This document shows, piece by piece, positions 31,100 through 45,800 of a stretch of 64,000 nt of DNA. The notes under the pieces were generated by a model. The model saw only the letters and a program-made list of their open reading frames with translations, did no database searches and had not been told where the DNA came from. The stretch's first letter is position 1; each line of letters starts with the position of its first letter. Source of the stretch: the human T2T-CHM13v2.0 reference genome, Homo sapiens; the NCBI RefSeq assembly GCF_009914755.1, contig NC_060947.1. The stretch is one strand, 5' to 3'. Position numbers and translations under genes: made by a program.

Positions 31100-34000
31100 T
31101 TTGGGTAATCGAGAACCAAATGAATTCCCATTTAAACTGTTACTATTTTGAAGTAGATCAATTTTGCAACTTTGTTCAAGAAATAAGGACTTAATTTGAA
31201 TACTACTGACAAGTTCTCTGAAAATTAACCAACAGTTACCCTAAAACAAATTTGGCCCTATTCTCTTACTCTCCCTTCAGCAGTATAAAGCTGATGATAA
31301 ATATAAATATGTAAAAATTTCTATGATGACTTTTAAAGTTACCTTGCAATTTTTCTCTTCTTTAAGCCAAATTGTCACAAATGATGTAAGATTCTTGAAA
31401 TTCCCTTTGTCATCCCTGTAGATAATTTAATTAGTCTTCCCTTGATAGCTATACTGTAGTAAGAGTGTGATTGTCATGTATTTTTTGCTTTTGTATTAAA
31501 AGTAGCTTGCAAAAATAAATGAATACAATTTACTTGTTCCACTAAATTTTAGGTCATTAAAAGAGAAGAGAATACTTGCCAAAACATGAAAATATGAAAT
31601 AGCTGATACTGCTGCCACCGAGACTCAAATAATAGATATTTTCCCTGCATAAAATAATTTTCGTTTGCCATTCTAGCATAGCATAAAAGTTTACAGGGCT
31701 ATGTGAATATTAGTCACTTAGTGAAAATACAAATCTGAAAAAAATATGAAGAAGGTGCAAGTGGGGGGATATTCTGTGCAAAATTAATATATAGTATGTC
31801 ATTATATTTTCATTTTGAAGGAAAAATATAATAGTGCTCCTAAGATTAATTTAAGAAAGAACTGTATAGGTGGTTGATTAAATCATTCTTAAATAGCTTC
31901 ATTGTAACATAAGTTTAAAATTTAATTTATCGGTTTTTGAAAAACAGCTTAAATATCTATATTTACTTTTCATATTGTATCACAAACATTAGTTTGTGAT
32001 TAACAAATAAATATAAAAAGAATTGCTACTGATTTGTTGAATGATTGTTTATATTTGTCTATAATTGTTTATATTTTAAATGTGTATCTAAGAACAAAGA
32101 ACAATGCTCACTAAGAGAGCTGCTATAGCCAAGGTTGCATCTACAATACTGGAAAATAATGAAGTGCATTTATGAGAAAAAGAGTACACTAAAGATAGCT
32201 TGATGTTTCCCCTGCCTTTTTGCCTTAGTTAATATGTGGAAACCAAGAGATCATTGGCTTGGAGCAATGTGTTTTTTGAAAACACATCATCTGTTTGACT
32301 AAATCAAGAAGATGTAATAAAACACAATGTTTATTTATAATATTAATTTGAATTCTAAAGGAGGTTTTCTTCAAATTATTTTATTTTTATATTAATGTTT
32401 TGATTTTATGTTTTCAACTTTAAATGGAAATTACAACAATGATTCGATGACAGTCACCTCAAAGTTTCAATACTATTTAACACGTTTATATAAATATATA
32501 TATAGATAGGTCGATATATAGATGTAGATACACACACATATACATACACACTTCTTAGAAAAGATTACACTTTCAAAAACCATGCCCTGTTATCAAGGTA
32601 TAACTAACTAAATATATTTTGTTTTACTAGTGGAATGCTTAAATGAAACTTGGCTAATGTAAATATGAAGAGATTTCCTTTAAATTTACTTGTTTTTAAA
32701 AATATGCCCATATTTATTTAGTTATCTGTGTCAGTAGCTGTAATCTCATTCTTCTCATTTGATAAAAACTAAGATCACAATATCCCAAAAAAGAGGGATA
32801 TTGGAAATTTTTATATTTATATGGTACTTGTAATTAATGTCAAGCATTTTAAGAATTGAGAAGAAGGCAACCTCAAATCACTTAGTTGGTATTTCATTAA
32901 GAAATGCTTTTTAGGGCACGCATTTAACTGTACATGAATCTGGTGTGCTGGAAAGCAACAATCCTGTACTTAATGCCAAATACTAACGCATGAATAAAAA
33001 GGTTGAGAGTCTCACTTCAGATCTTCATTTTATGCTCGGCATAGACAACATCAAAGCTCCTGTTATTTTCCAAAGTCTGAGCTTTTCTCTTTCTCCCTTT
33101 CTTAACTCCTTATTTCTTTCTTCATTATTTTAATTCCTTTCCTAAGATGGGATGAACAGAAGTAAGAATTGATACACGCAGAGGCATCTCAACTGTAGGT
33201 TTCCTTCAAGAAAGTGTCTCCAGGGTGCAACAGAAGTCCACATGAATCAAAGGGGGATGTTATTCTGAGCCCATATATGTTAGGGATGACTATGTCATAA
33301 CGTCAGGGTTGCATTGAAACTGACTATGTTATAAAGATTGTGCCTAAATATCTGAGTGTGAACTATTAGGATTACTGGTATTTGTGTTTGAAAGCTATTA
33401 TAATTATTCCACTAATTTTTGTTTTTTAGTGTTCCTTTTATTAACAGACATAAAACATAATTTAGGGTATCAGAAATATCCTTGGAAAAAGTGGTAATTA
33501 ATTTTTAGAGATATATTACTATATTCAGAATATCTAATTAAATGAGAAAACTTTCTTTGGAAGTTTAGTAAATTCCATTCCTACCAATCACCATGGGAAA
33601 TCCCAATTGGAGCTCACATTTTTATTAGAGCTTTATTTTGTGGTAGCTTCCTGGAACCGTGTGGCAAGATCTAAAGAAAAGTCTCAAATTCTGCCACTAT
33701 ATATTATTCATGCAATTTTTGCTATGAGTTTCACTTATCTCCACATCCTTCATTTTCAATCCTTCACCTTCCTTCTCTTAAACTTCAGGAATTTATTGTT
33801 AGAAAACTTGGAAATTTAGAGAAACAATATCACAGACCTCAAAGCTGAACTTAATCTTATATTTGAATTGCTTCTCTTGCTGGACATTGTTGTTGAAACC
33901 ATTGCATTTTCTCACATTTAATTCAGGAACATAGACTTGGCAAATATTAAGTTAAAAAATATAAAACTTTTCATCATTTTTAAATTTTATGAATATTTAT

Positions 34001-36025
34001 GGCTAAAATACACATTAACATTTGAAAGGAAGTACTGCATAGAAGATAAAATAATTTGTAATGTTCACGAAATTAGCAAATCCCAAATAAATCAGAAATA
34101 TACAAATTCGATTCTGTATATTATACATACAGTATAATATACAGTATATAAATGGTTAAGACATTTGTGTCATTTTTGTTTTAGACTGTTGCCATACTAG
34201 TATTTCTAAAATCTTTCAGTCCTGAAGATTTTCATCATTTTGCAGTATCTGCTGCACTTTATGAGATGTGGTAAAGAAGACATAAAACTGTTTTTTTTCC
34301 TCTATTCAACCTTTTTGTAATCACTATTTTAAAATAAAAAATATACCATGTTTTTCTCCCCAGGGTCTAGAGTTCCTTTAATGTCTTCTTCTTATCTGGA
34401 AGGTAACTTTATTTTTTCTACTTAAAAATATTCTTGGTAAGTTTTTCATTATTTTTTACTCAATGCATCCGATTTTTGGACCCAATTATTTATTCTGGGC
34501 CTCAGAAATACTGAACAACTTTTTTTTATTACTTTTTTATAACTTGCTATTTCTCTAGGATTATTATATATATATGTAATTTTTTTGCATCAAAAACTCA
34601 CATTATGACAGTGTTAGCCATTACCAACATCTGATGAGATACCAACATCTGATGAGAACATCTGGTGTGCTGGAAAGTAACAATCCTGTACTTAATGGCA
34701 AATAATAATGCACGAATAAAATAATGCACATCCTAACATGCAGCATTACTCTATTTAGTAAACTTCTTCCCTGGTAAATTGATTAGTCAGTCCTTTCACC
34801 CTTATCTCCATCTATGAAGAGCCATTTTCTTATTATAGTCAAGCATCACTTAACAATGGGAATACAGTTTTAGAAATGTATTGTTAGGCAATTTTGTCTT
34901 CGTCTGAACATCACAGTGTATTTACAAACCAAGATGGGCTAGCCTACACATGTAGGCTATATGGTATATTATATAGCTACAAACCTGTGTAGGATATTAC
35001 AGTACTGAATATTGTAGGCAGTTGTAGCACAATGGTACATATTCGCATGTCTAAAAATAAAAAGGACAGTAAAAATATGATATCAAAGATTAAAGAAGGG
35101 TACATCTGCATAGGGCACTTACCATAAATGAAGCTTGCAGGACCTGAAGTTGTTCTAGGTGAGTTAGTGATTGAGTGGTGAGTGACTGTGAAGGCCTACA
35201 ACATTACTGTACACTGCTGTAGACATTATAAACACTGTACACCTAGGCTACACTAAGTTAATTAAAATATGTTTTTAATAATTACAGCTTACTATAACTT
35301 TTTTACTTAATATTTTTAACTTTTATATTATTTTACTTTATATATTTTTTAACTTTATATTTTTAACTTTTGATGCTTGTAGTAACACACCTTGAAACAC
35401 AAATACATTCTCCAGCTGTAAGAAATGTTGTTATATCTTTATTCTATAAGTATTTTTCTGTTTTTTACATTTTTATTTTCTCTTTTCAATATTCTTGTTA
35501 AAAATGAAAACACAAACACACGCATAATCCTAGACCTACACAGAATCAATATAATCAATATCACTGTCTTCCACCTCCACATCTTGTATCACTGGAAGGC
35601 CTTTGGGGCAATCATACACATGGAGCTGTATCTCTTATGATAACAATGCCTTCTTCAGGAATACCTCCTGAAGGCCCTGCCTGAATCTGCTTTAGAGTTA
35701 ACTATTTTTAATAAGTAGAAGGAATAAAGGAATAAACTCTACCATAATGATACAAAGTAAAATACAGTATATATATAAGCCAGTAACATCATTGTTTATT
35801 ATCATTATCAAATATTATATATAACTAATTGTATGTGCTATACAACTGGCAGTGTAGTGTTTCTTTACACCAACACCATCACAAACATTTGAGTAATGTG
35901 TTTCATTATGACATTATGACAGCTATGATATCACCAGATTATAAGAATTTTTCAGCTTCATTATAATCTTAGGGAACCACTGTCATATATGCAGTCCATT
36001 GTTGACTGAAACATTATTATGTAGC

Positions 36026-38238
36026 TGTTATGATTTGGTTCTGAGTCCCCACCCAAATCTCACCTGGAATTGTAATCCCCATGTGTTGAGGGAGGGACTT
36101 GGTGGGAGGTGATTGGATCATGGGGGCAGTTTCCCCCGTGCTGTTCTTGTGATAGTGAGGGTGTTCTCATGAGATCTGATGGTTTAAAAGTGGCAGTTTT
36201 GGCCAGGCACGGTGGTTCACGACTGTAATCCCAGCACTTTGGGAGGCCGAGGGGGGTGGATCATGAGGTCAAGAGATCAAGACCACTCTGGCCAACATGG
36301 TGAAACCCGTCTCTACTAAAAATACAAAAAATTAGCTGGGTGTGGTGGTGCACACCTGTAGTCCCAGCTACTCAGGAGGCTGAGGCAGGAGAATCACTTG
36401 AACCTAGGAGGCAGAGGTTGTGGTAAGCCGAGATCATCCCCATGCCACTGCACTCCAGCCTGGGTGACAGAGAGAGACTCCATCTCACAAAAAAAAAAAA
36501 AAAAAAAAAAGGTGGCAGTTTCCTCTGCGTTCTCTCTGTCTCTCCTGCCACCTTGTGAAGAAGGTGCTTGCTTCCCTTTCACCTTCCACTATGATTGTAA
36601 GTTTCCTGAGGCCTTCCCAGCCATGCAGAACTGTGAGTCAATTAAATCTCTTTTGTTTATGAATTACCCAGTCTCTGATAGTATGTTTATAGCAGTGTTA
36701 GAATGGACCAATGCAGATAATTTGTACTGGTAGTGGGGCATTGCTATAAAGATAACCTGAAAATGTGGGAGCGACTTTGGAACTTGGTAACAGGCAGAGC
36801 TTGGAACAGTTTGGAGGGCTCAGAAAAAGATAGGAAGATGAGGGAAGGTTTGGAACTTCCTAGAGACTTGTTGAATCATTTTGACCAAAATGCTGATAGT
36901 AATGTGAGCAACGAAGTCCAGGCTGAGGTAGTCCCAGATAGAGATGCGGAACTCATTGGGAACTAGAGCCAAATTCAAGCTTGCTGTGCTTTAGCAAAGA
37001 AACTAGCAGCATTTTGCTGTTGCCCTAGAAATCTGTGGAACTTTGAACTTGAGAGAGATGATTTAGGGTATCTGGCAGAAGAATTTTCTAAGTAGCAAAG
37101 CATTCAAGAGGTGATCTGGCTTTTCCTGAAAGCTTACAGTTGTATGTGTTCACAAAGAGATGATTTGAAATTGGAACTTATGTTTAAAAGGGAAGCAGAG
37201 CATAAAAGTTGGAAAATTTGCAGCCTGGCCATGTGATAGAAAAGAACCCCTTTTCTGGGGAGAAATTTAAGCCTGCTGCAGAAATTTGCAAAAGAATCAA
37301 GGAGCTCAATATTAATAGCTAAGACAATGAGGAAAATGACTCCTGGGCATGTCAGAGATATTTGTGGCAGCCCCTCTCATCACAGGCCTGGAGGCCTAGG
37401 AAGGACAAATTGTTCTGTAGACCAGGCCCAGGACCCTGCTGCACTGTGCAGCCTTGGGAGCCCAGACCTTGCATCAGCATGCCCTTGATGTAAGACATAA
37501 AGCCAAAAAATATTACTTTGGAGCTTTAAAATCTAATGACAGCCCAGCTGTGTTTTGGACATGCATGGGTCATGTGGCCCCTTTGTTTTGGACATGCATG
37601 GGGCATGTGGCCCCTTTGTTTTGGCCAATTTCTTCTATTTGGGATGGGAACATTTACTCAATTACTGCAGCCCCATTGTATCTTGGAAGTAAATAACTTG
37701 CTTTTGATTTTACAGGCTCTTAGGCAGAAGGGACTTGCCTTGTCTCATATGAGACTTTGAGCTTGGACTTTTGGGTTAATGCTAGAATGAGTTAAGACTT
37801 TGGGGGACTGTTGGGAAGGCATGACTGGTTTTGAAATGTGAAAAGGACATGAGATTTGGAAGGAGCCAGAGGCAGAATGATATTGTTTGGTTCAATGTCC
37901 CCATCCAAATCTCATCTGGAAATGTAATCCCTTTGTATCCATGGAGGGACCTAGTGGGAGGTGACTTGATCATGGGGACAGTTTCCCCCACACTGTTCTT
38001 ATGATAGTGAGGGAGTTATCGGGAGATGATTTAAAAGTGGCAGTTTCCCCTGCATTCTCTCTCTCTCCTGCTGCCTTGTGAAGAAGGTGCCTGCTACCCC
38101 TTTGCCTTCCACTATGATTGTAAGATTCCTGAGGCCTCCCCAGCCATTTGGATCTATGAGTCGATTAAACCTCTTTTGTTTATGAATGACCAAGTTTCAG
38201 ATAAAATCTTCATAGCAGTGTGAGAATGGACTAATACA
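36026..38238 (+). mobile_element. THE1D-like MaLR provirus (LTR 36026-36715, internally deleted interior, LTR 37878-38238)
   Basis: Two LTRs (tg...ca), THE1-int (ttggagggctcagaa...ggaacttcctagagacttgttg) and polypurine tract before the 3' LTR; 33-bp tandem duplication at 37551-37624. Confidence 0.9.
36201..36510 (+). mobile_element. AluSc-like element inserted in the THE1 5' LTR
   Basis: Alu body plus A tail; TSD aa(a/g)gtggcagttt. Confidence 0.95.
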
Positions 38239-40251
38239 GCAGAACATTACTATATTTAATATTCAGTTTTGGAAAAATAGAAGGAGAGGCAGAGCAAGAT
38301 GGTGGAATGGAAAGTTCCACCAATTGTCCTCCCAAAAAAGGACACCAAGTTAACAACTATATACACCCAAAAAACACCTTCATAAGAACCAAAAATCAGG
38401 GAAGCACTCACAATACCTGCTTTTAACTTCATGTACATGAAAGAGGCACTGAAGGCATGGAAAACAAATAGCTGTGAATCTCAGATGCCACCCCTCCCCA
38501 ACACCCAGCAGTGGTAGCATGGTGCAGAGAGCTTCTCTGGGTGCTGGGGGAGGGAGAACACGGCAATTATAAGGCATTGAACTCACTGTTGTTTTGTTAG
38601 AGTACAAAGGAAACCCAGACCAAACTCAGCTGATGCCCACCCACAGAGGGAGCATTTAAACCAGCCCTAGCCAGAGGGGAATCATCAGTCCCAGGGGTCT
38701 GAACTAGGGTCCACAAACATTGCCACAAAGAGCCAAAATGCTCTCAGTCTCTAAACTTGAAAGGCAGTCTAGGCCATAAGGACTGCAACTCATAGGTGAA
38801 TTCTAGGGCAGAACTAGGATCAGAGAGAGTGGACTGTGAGGTATATGCCCTACTGAGACATCATCATCTGCTAAGTGAAGAGCCCTTCAGCCCTGAATAA
38901 GCCAGCAGTGATACTCGGGTACTACCTCTATGGTCTAGGTATGCCTCTGAGACTTCTTGACTTCAGGTATCAACATCAGCAGGGGAGGGAGGGTGAAACA
39001 CCATGTGGATCCTTGGGGACCCTGATTTCAGGACTTGACTCTTAGATCACATTTCTGGACCTGCCCTAGGCCAGAGGGGAGCCCACTGCCCTGAAGGTTG
39101 AGTCACAGGCCAGGGAGCACTCACCACAAGCTGACATAAGAGACCTTGAGCCTTAAGAGAACATTGGTGCTATTCTGGCTGTATACCTTGTGGCCAGGGG
39201 TAGTGGTGGCTACAGAGTGAGGTTCCTCTGCCTTTGGAAAGGGGAGGGAAGAGTGGGAAGAGCTGCGTCTTGTGTTTTGAGTGCCAGTTCAGCCACAATA
39301 CAGTAAAATACCAGGTAGGTTTCTAAAGAGTTTCGACAGTAGTCCCTGTCAACCAGACAGTACTCCTGGACCCACCTAGGGCCTGGGGGACCTCACTGCC
39401 TTGAAGGGAAAGACACAGTCTTGGCTGTCTTTCAAGTCAAGTCCTTGAAAGAACACAGGCAGTAGCCAGGGAGTAGTTACAGCAGGCCGTGTGTGAAACC
39501 CAGTGCTGTGCTGGCTTCAGGTCTGACCCAGTACATTTATAGTGATGGTGGCCACAAGGGTATTTGTGTCAGTCCACACCAAGCATTCAGTGGCTTAGAA
39601 TAGAGAAAGAGACTGTATATTTGGGAGAAAGTAAGAAAATACAACAAGAGTCTCTGCCTGGTAATAGAATTCTCCTGGATCTAGTGCAAGACCATCAAGG
39701 CAGTACCTCTATGAGTCTTCAAGAACCACAGCATTACAGGGTTTAAGGGGCCCCACACCAAAGCAGATATAGCTTAGATCATAGCACTCAAGTGCTTTTA
39801 AATATCTGGAAAGCATTTCCAAGAAGGATGGCTACAAATAAGTCCAGTCAGTGAAAACAACAATAAATACCTAACCCTTCAATGCTCAGACACCAAAAAA
39901 CACATACTAGGATCAATGCCATTCAGGAAAACATGACAACACCAAATGAATTAAATATGGCACTAGTGACTAAGTCCTGGAGAAAGACATGATATTTCAG
40001 ACAGAGAATTCAAAATAGCTGTGTTGATGAAACTCAAAGAAATTCAAGATTACAAAGAGAATGAATTCAGAATTCTATCACATAAATTTAGCAGATATTA
40101 AAAGAATTAAAAAGAATCAGCATAAATTATGCAGCTGAAAATGCAATTGGCATACTGAAGAATGTCTGGGTTATTTAGTAGCAGAAAGAAGCAGAAAAAT
40201 GAATAGTTAGCTTGAAGACAGACTATTTGAAAATACACAGTCAGAGGAGAC

Positions 40252-42498
40252 TGATATTGTTTGGCTTTGTGTCCCCACCAAAATCTCATCTCAAATTGGA
40301 ATTCTCAAGTGTTGAAGGAGGGGCCTGGTGGGAGGTGATTGGATATTGGGGGCGATTTTGCCATGCTGTTCCTATGATAGTGAATGCGTTTCATGAGATC
40401 TGATGGTTTTATAAGGGGCTGTCCCCCCTTTGCTTCCTACACATGCCCTCTCGCCTGCTGCCATGTAAGACGTGCCTGCCTCCCCCTCTGACATGATTGT
40501 TAAGTTTCTTGAGGTCTTCCCAGCCATGCAGAACTGTGAGTCAATTAAACCACTTTTCTTCATAAATTACACAATCTCAGGTAGTTCCTTGTAGCAGTGT
40601 AAAAATGGACTAATAAAGTAAATTTGTGCCACAGAGTGAGGTACTGCCATAAAGATACCCAAAAATGTGGATGTGACTTTGGAACTGGATAACAGGCAGA
40701 GGTTGGAACAGTTTGGAGGGCTCAGAAGAAGACAGGAAGATGTGGGAAAGTTTGGAACTTCCTAGAGACTTGTTGAGTGGTTTTGACCAAAATGCTGATA
40801 GTAATGTGAGCAATGAAGTCCAGGCTGAGGTGGTCTCAGATGTGGATGAAGAACTTATTGGGAACCGGTGTAAAGGTGACTCTTGTTATGCTTTAGCAAA
40901 GAGACTGGCAGCATTTTGCCCACGCCCTAGAGATCTGTGGAACTTTGAACTTGAGAGAGATGATCTGAAATCGGAACTTATGTTTAAAGGGGAAGCAGAG
41001 CATAATAGTTTGGAAAATTTGCAGGCTGGCGATGCAATAGGAAAACAAAAACAAAAAACAACAAAACAAAACAAAACAAAACCTACTTGCTAGGGAGAAA
41101 TCCAAGCTGGCTGCAAAAATTTACATAACTAATGAGGAGCCAAACGTTAATCACCAAAACAATGGGGATGTCAGACAACTTTACAGCAGCCCTTCCCATG
41201 ACAGAACCAGAGGCATATGAGGAAAAAATTGTTTCATGGACTGGGCACAGTGTCTTGCCGCTTTGGGTAGCCTGACAGCTTGGTGCCCTGCATTTAGTCC
41301 ATGGTAAAAGGGGCCAATGTACAGCTCAGGCCATTGTTTTAGAGGGTGTAAGCCCCAAGCCTTGGTGGCTTTTCCGTGGTGTTAGACCTGCAGGTGCACA
41401 GAAGTCAAAAATAGAGATTTAGTAACCTCCACCTAGATTTCAGAGGATGTATGGAAACACCTGGATGTTCAGGCAGAGGGCTGCTGCAGGGAGAAAGCCC
41501 TCATGGAGAAACTCTGTCAGGGCAGTGCAAAGGGAAAATGTGGGGTTGGAGCCCTCACACAGAGTCCCCATTGGGGCACTGGATAGTGGATCTGTGAGAA
41601 GAGGGACACAGTCCTCCAGACAACAGAATGGTAGATCCACCAACAGGTTGCACCATGTACCTGGAAAAGCCACAGACACTCAACACCAGCTGTGAAAGCA
41701 GCCAGGACTAAGGGCTGTACCCTGCAAAGCCACAGGGGTGGAGCTGCTCAAGGATGTGGGAGCCCACCCTTTGCATCAATGTGCCCTGGATGTGAGACAG
41801 GGAGTCAAAGGAGATTATTTTTGAGCTTTAAGGTTTAATGACTGCCCTGCTGGATTTCAGACTTGCCTGGGGCCTGTAGCCCCTTTGTTCTGTCCAATTT
41901 CTTCCATTTGCAAGGGGAGCATTTATTCAATGCCTATACCTCTGTTGTATCTTGGAAGTACATAAACTGCTTTTGATTTTACAGGCTCCTAGATGGAAGG
42001 GACTTACCTTGACTCAGGTGAGACTTTAGACTTAGACTTTTCTGTTAACGCTGGAAAGAGTTAAGAATTGGGGTACTGTTGGGAAGGCACAATTGGTTTC
42101 AGACATGAGATTTGGGTGGAGCCTGGGCAGAATAATATGGTTTGGCTTTGTGTCCCCATCCAAATCTCATCTTGATTTGTAATTCCCAGGTGTTGACGGA
42201 GGGACCTGGTGGGAGGCGATTTGATTATGGGGTGGTTTTTTCCATGCTGTTCTTGTGACAGTGAGTGAGTTCCCACGAGATCTGATTGTTTTATAAGTGG
42301 CTCTTCCCCCTTTGCTTCTTAAACGTGTTCTCTGGCCTGCTGCAGTTTAAGAGGTGCCTGCTTCCCCTTTCACCATGAATGTAGGTTTTCTGAGGCCTCC
42401 TCAGCCATACAGAACTGTGATTGAATTAAACCTCTTTTATTCATAAATTACTCAGTCTTGAGCACTTCTTTACAGACATGGGAAAACAGACTAAAACA
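40252..42498 (+). mobile_element. Full THE1 (C/D-like) MaLR provirus inserted in L1 ORF1 (LTRs 40252-40617 and 42133-42498)
   Basis: Perfect 5-bp TSD GAGAC (40247-40251 and 42499-42503); ~1.5 kb THE1-int. Confidence 0.93.
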
Positions 42499-42536
42499 GA
42501 GACAAAATTCAAACAAACAAACAAACAAAAACAATT

Positions 42537-42840
42537 GTCCAGGCACGGTGGCTCACACATGTAATCCCAGCACTTTAGGAGGCTGAGGCGGGTGGATCAT
42601 GAGGTCAGGAGATCGAGACCATCCTGGCTAACACGTGAAACCCTGTCTCTACTAAAAGTACAAAAAATTAGCTGGGCATGGTGGCAGGCACCTGTAGTCC
42701 TAGCTACTCAGGAGGCTGAGGCAGAAGAATGGCGTGAACCCGGGAGGTGGAGCTTGCAGTGAGCCAAGGTTGAGCCACCACACTCCAGCCTGGGTGACAG
42801 AGCAAGACTCCATCTAAAAACAAACAAACAAACAAACAAA
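42537..42840 (+). mobile_element. AluY/AluSc8-like element with (CAAA)n tail
   Basis: gagatcgagaccatcctggctaacacg; gaatggcgtgaacccgggaggtggagcttgcag. Confidence 0.93.
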
Positions 42841-45800
42841 AATTAAGCATGTACAAAAGATTTAGAAAATAAATTTAAAAGGGCAGATCTTAAAGTTATT
42901 CACCTTAAAGAAAAGGTAGAGATGGGGTAGAAATTTTAATCAAAAAGATAATTACAGAGAAATTCTCAAACCTGGAGAAAACTTTCCAATATCCAAGTAT
43001 AAGAAGGTTACAGAACACCAAGCATATATAACACAAATAAGACTACCTCAAGACATTTAAAAAGAAGACTCCCAAAGGTCAAGTATGAAGAAAGTATCCT
43101 AAAACCAGCCAAAGAAACAAATAACATACAATGGAGCTCTGATATGTCTGGCAGCAGACTCCTCAGTGGAAATTTTACAGGCCAGGAGAGAGTGGCATGG
43201 CATATTTAAAGTGCTGACTGAAAAAACTTTTACCCTAGAATAGTATATCTGGTGAATATGTCCTTCAAACATAAAGAAGAAATAAAGACATTTTCACACA
43301 AACAAAAGCTAAAGATTTCCCTCAACACCAGACATGTCTACAAGAAATGCTGAAGGAAGTACTTCAGGAAAACAAACAAACAAACAAAAAGCGAGATTAA
43401 TGAGCAATAAATAATCACCTAAAGGTACAAACCTTACTGGTAATAGTAAGTACATAAAAAAACACAGAATATTATAACACTGTAACTGTGTTGTGTAAAC
43501 AACTTTTATTCTAAGTAGAAAGACCAAATGATTAACTAATCTAAAATAATAGCTACAACTTTTCAAGACATAATCAGTACAATAAGATATAAATAGAAAC
43601 AATAAGAAGTTAAAAAGTTGGGGGATGAAGTTAAGGTGGGTTTAAATTCATTTTCAATTTGATTTATTTATGAAAATGGTGTGAAGCTGTTATCAGGTTA
43701 ACATAATCTGATAAAGGTAATATTAACAAGTCTCATGGTAACCTCAAACCAAAAAACATACATGGATTCATAAAAAAACCAAGAATCTAAATTATATCAC
43801 CAGAGAAAATAATCTTCACTAGAGGAAGAGAAGAAAGAATGAAAAAAAAAAAAAGAGAGAAGATCACAAAACAACCAGGAAACTAATAAGAAAATGGCAG
43901 GAGTAAGTCTTTACTTATCAATAATAACATTGAATGTAAATGGACTAAACTGTCCAATCAAAAGACATAGATTAAGTGAATGGATGAAAAAAATTGCCTA
44001 TTGATCTTTTGCCTACAAGAAACACATTTCACTTATAAAGACACACATGGACTGAAAATAAAGGGATAGAAAAGAATATCCCATGCCAATGGAAACTAAA
44101 AAAGAGCAGGAGTTGCTATACTTATATCAGACAAAATAGAATTAAATACAGAAACTATAAGAAGAAAAAAAGCCACTACATAATGATAAAATGATCAATT
44201 TTAAAAAGGATACATAATAGCAACGTTAAATATATATGCATCCAAGATGGTAGCACCCAGATTTATAAAGGAAATATTATTAGAGCTTAAGAGAGATATG
44301 AGCCTCAACATAATAATAGCTAAAAACTTCAGCACCCAATGTTCAGCATTGGACAGATTTTCCAGACAGAATGTCAACAAAGAAACATTAGATTTAATCT
44401 GTACTATAAACTGAATGGATCTAATGCATATTTAGAAACAATTTCATCCAAGAGCTGCAGAACACACATTCTTTTTTTATCATATGGATTATTTTCAAGG
44501 ATAGACTGTATGTTAGGTCACAAAATAAGTCTTCACGCATTGAAAATTTTAAACAATATGAAGGATCTTCTCTGAAAATAATGCATTAAAACTAGAATTT
44601 AATAACAAGAGGAATTTTGATAATTATACAAGCACATGGAAATTAAACAATATGCTTCTGAATGACCACTGAGTTAATGAGGAAATTTATAAGGAAACTA
44701 AAAAAGAAATTGACAAAAACAATAGTGGAAACACAACATACTAAAACCTCTGGGATACAGAAAAAGCAGTAGTCAGAGGAAAGTTTATAGCTTTAAGTGC
44801 CTACATAAAAAAGAGGAAAGACTTCACATAAACAATCTAAAGATGCATCTTGAAGAACTAGGAAAGAAAAGAAAACCAAATCCAAAATTATTAGAAAAAA
44901 ATAATAAAGATGACCTTAGGAATAACATTGAAATGAAGAAAACAATTCAAAAGATCAATGAAACAACAAGATGGTTTTTTGGAAAGTTAAACACAATTGA
45001 CAAATTTTTAGCCAGACTAAGAAAAATAGAGAAGATCCAAATAAATAAAATCAAAAATAAAACTAGATATTACAACTTATACTGCAGAAATTCAACAGAT
45101 CATTAGTGGCTGCTATGGGACACTAAATGCCAATAAATTGGAAAATAAAGAAGAAATGGTCAAATTCCTAGACACATACAACCTACCAAGATTTAACCAG
45201 GAAGAAATTCAAAACCTGAGCCGACCAATAACAAGTAATATGATTGAAGCAAAGAGATGGATAAATTCCTGGAAAAATACAGCTCTCTTAGCTTAAATCA
45301 GGAAGAATTAGATACTCTGAACTGACCAATAACAAGCAGCGAGATTGAAATGGTAATTTAATAATTACCAACAAAAAAAAGTACAGGACCAGATGGATTC
45401 ACAGCAGAATTTTACCAGACATTCAAAGAAGAATCAGTACCAGTCATTTTGACACTATTTCACAAGATAGAGAAAGAGGGAACTCTCCCTAATTCATTTG
45501 ATGAAGCCAGCATTACTCTAATATCAAAAGCAGGAAAGGACTTAACCAAAAAAGAAAACTACAGACCAATATCCCTCATGTACATAGATGCTAAAATCCT
45601 TAACAAAATAGTAGCTAACTGAATGCAACAAAATATCGAAAAAAAATCCACCATGATTAAATGGGTTTCATACCAGGGATGCAGGGATGGTTTAACATCT
45701 GCAATTCAATAAATGTGATAAACCACATAAAAAGAATTAAAAACAAAAATCACATGATCATCTCAATAGATACAGAGAAAGCATTCAACAAAATACAGCA

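Larger units (their letters stand above)
34836..38252. mobile_element. Tigger3b DNA transposon; main body 34836-36025, last ~10 bp after the THE1 insertion
   Basis: TA|tagtcaagcatcacttaacaatggg start; gttgactgaaacattattatgtagc end, resuming as acattacta|ta after 38238. Confidence 0.85.

Noticed and set aside
37551-37624. 33-bp and 34-bp direct repeats (also 52701) as a CRISPR-like array
   Set aside because: Head-to-tail duplications without spacers in mammalian DNA.
36733-41695. THE1-internal ORFs (77-126 aa) as coding genes
   Set aside because: Decayed MaLR internal sequence with stops and frameshifts.
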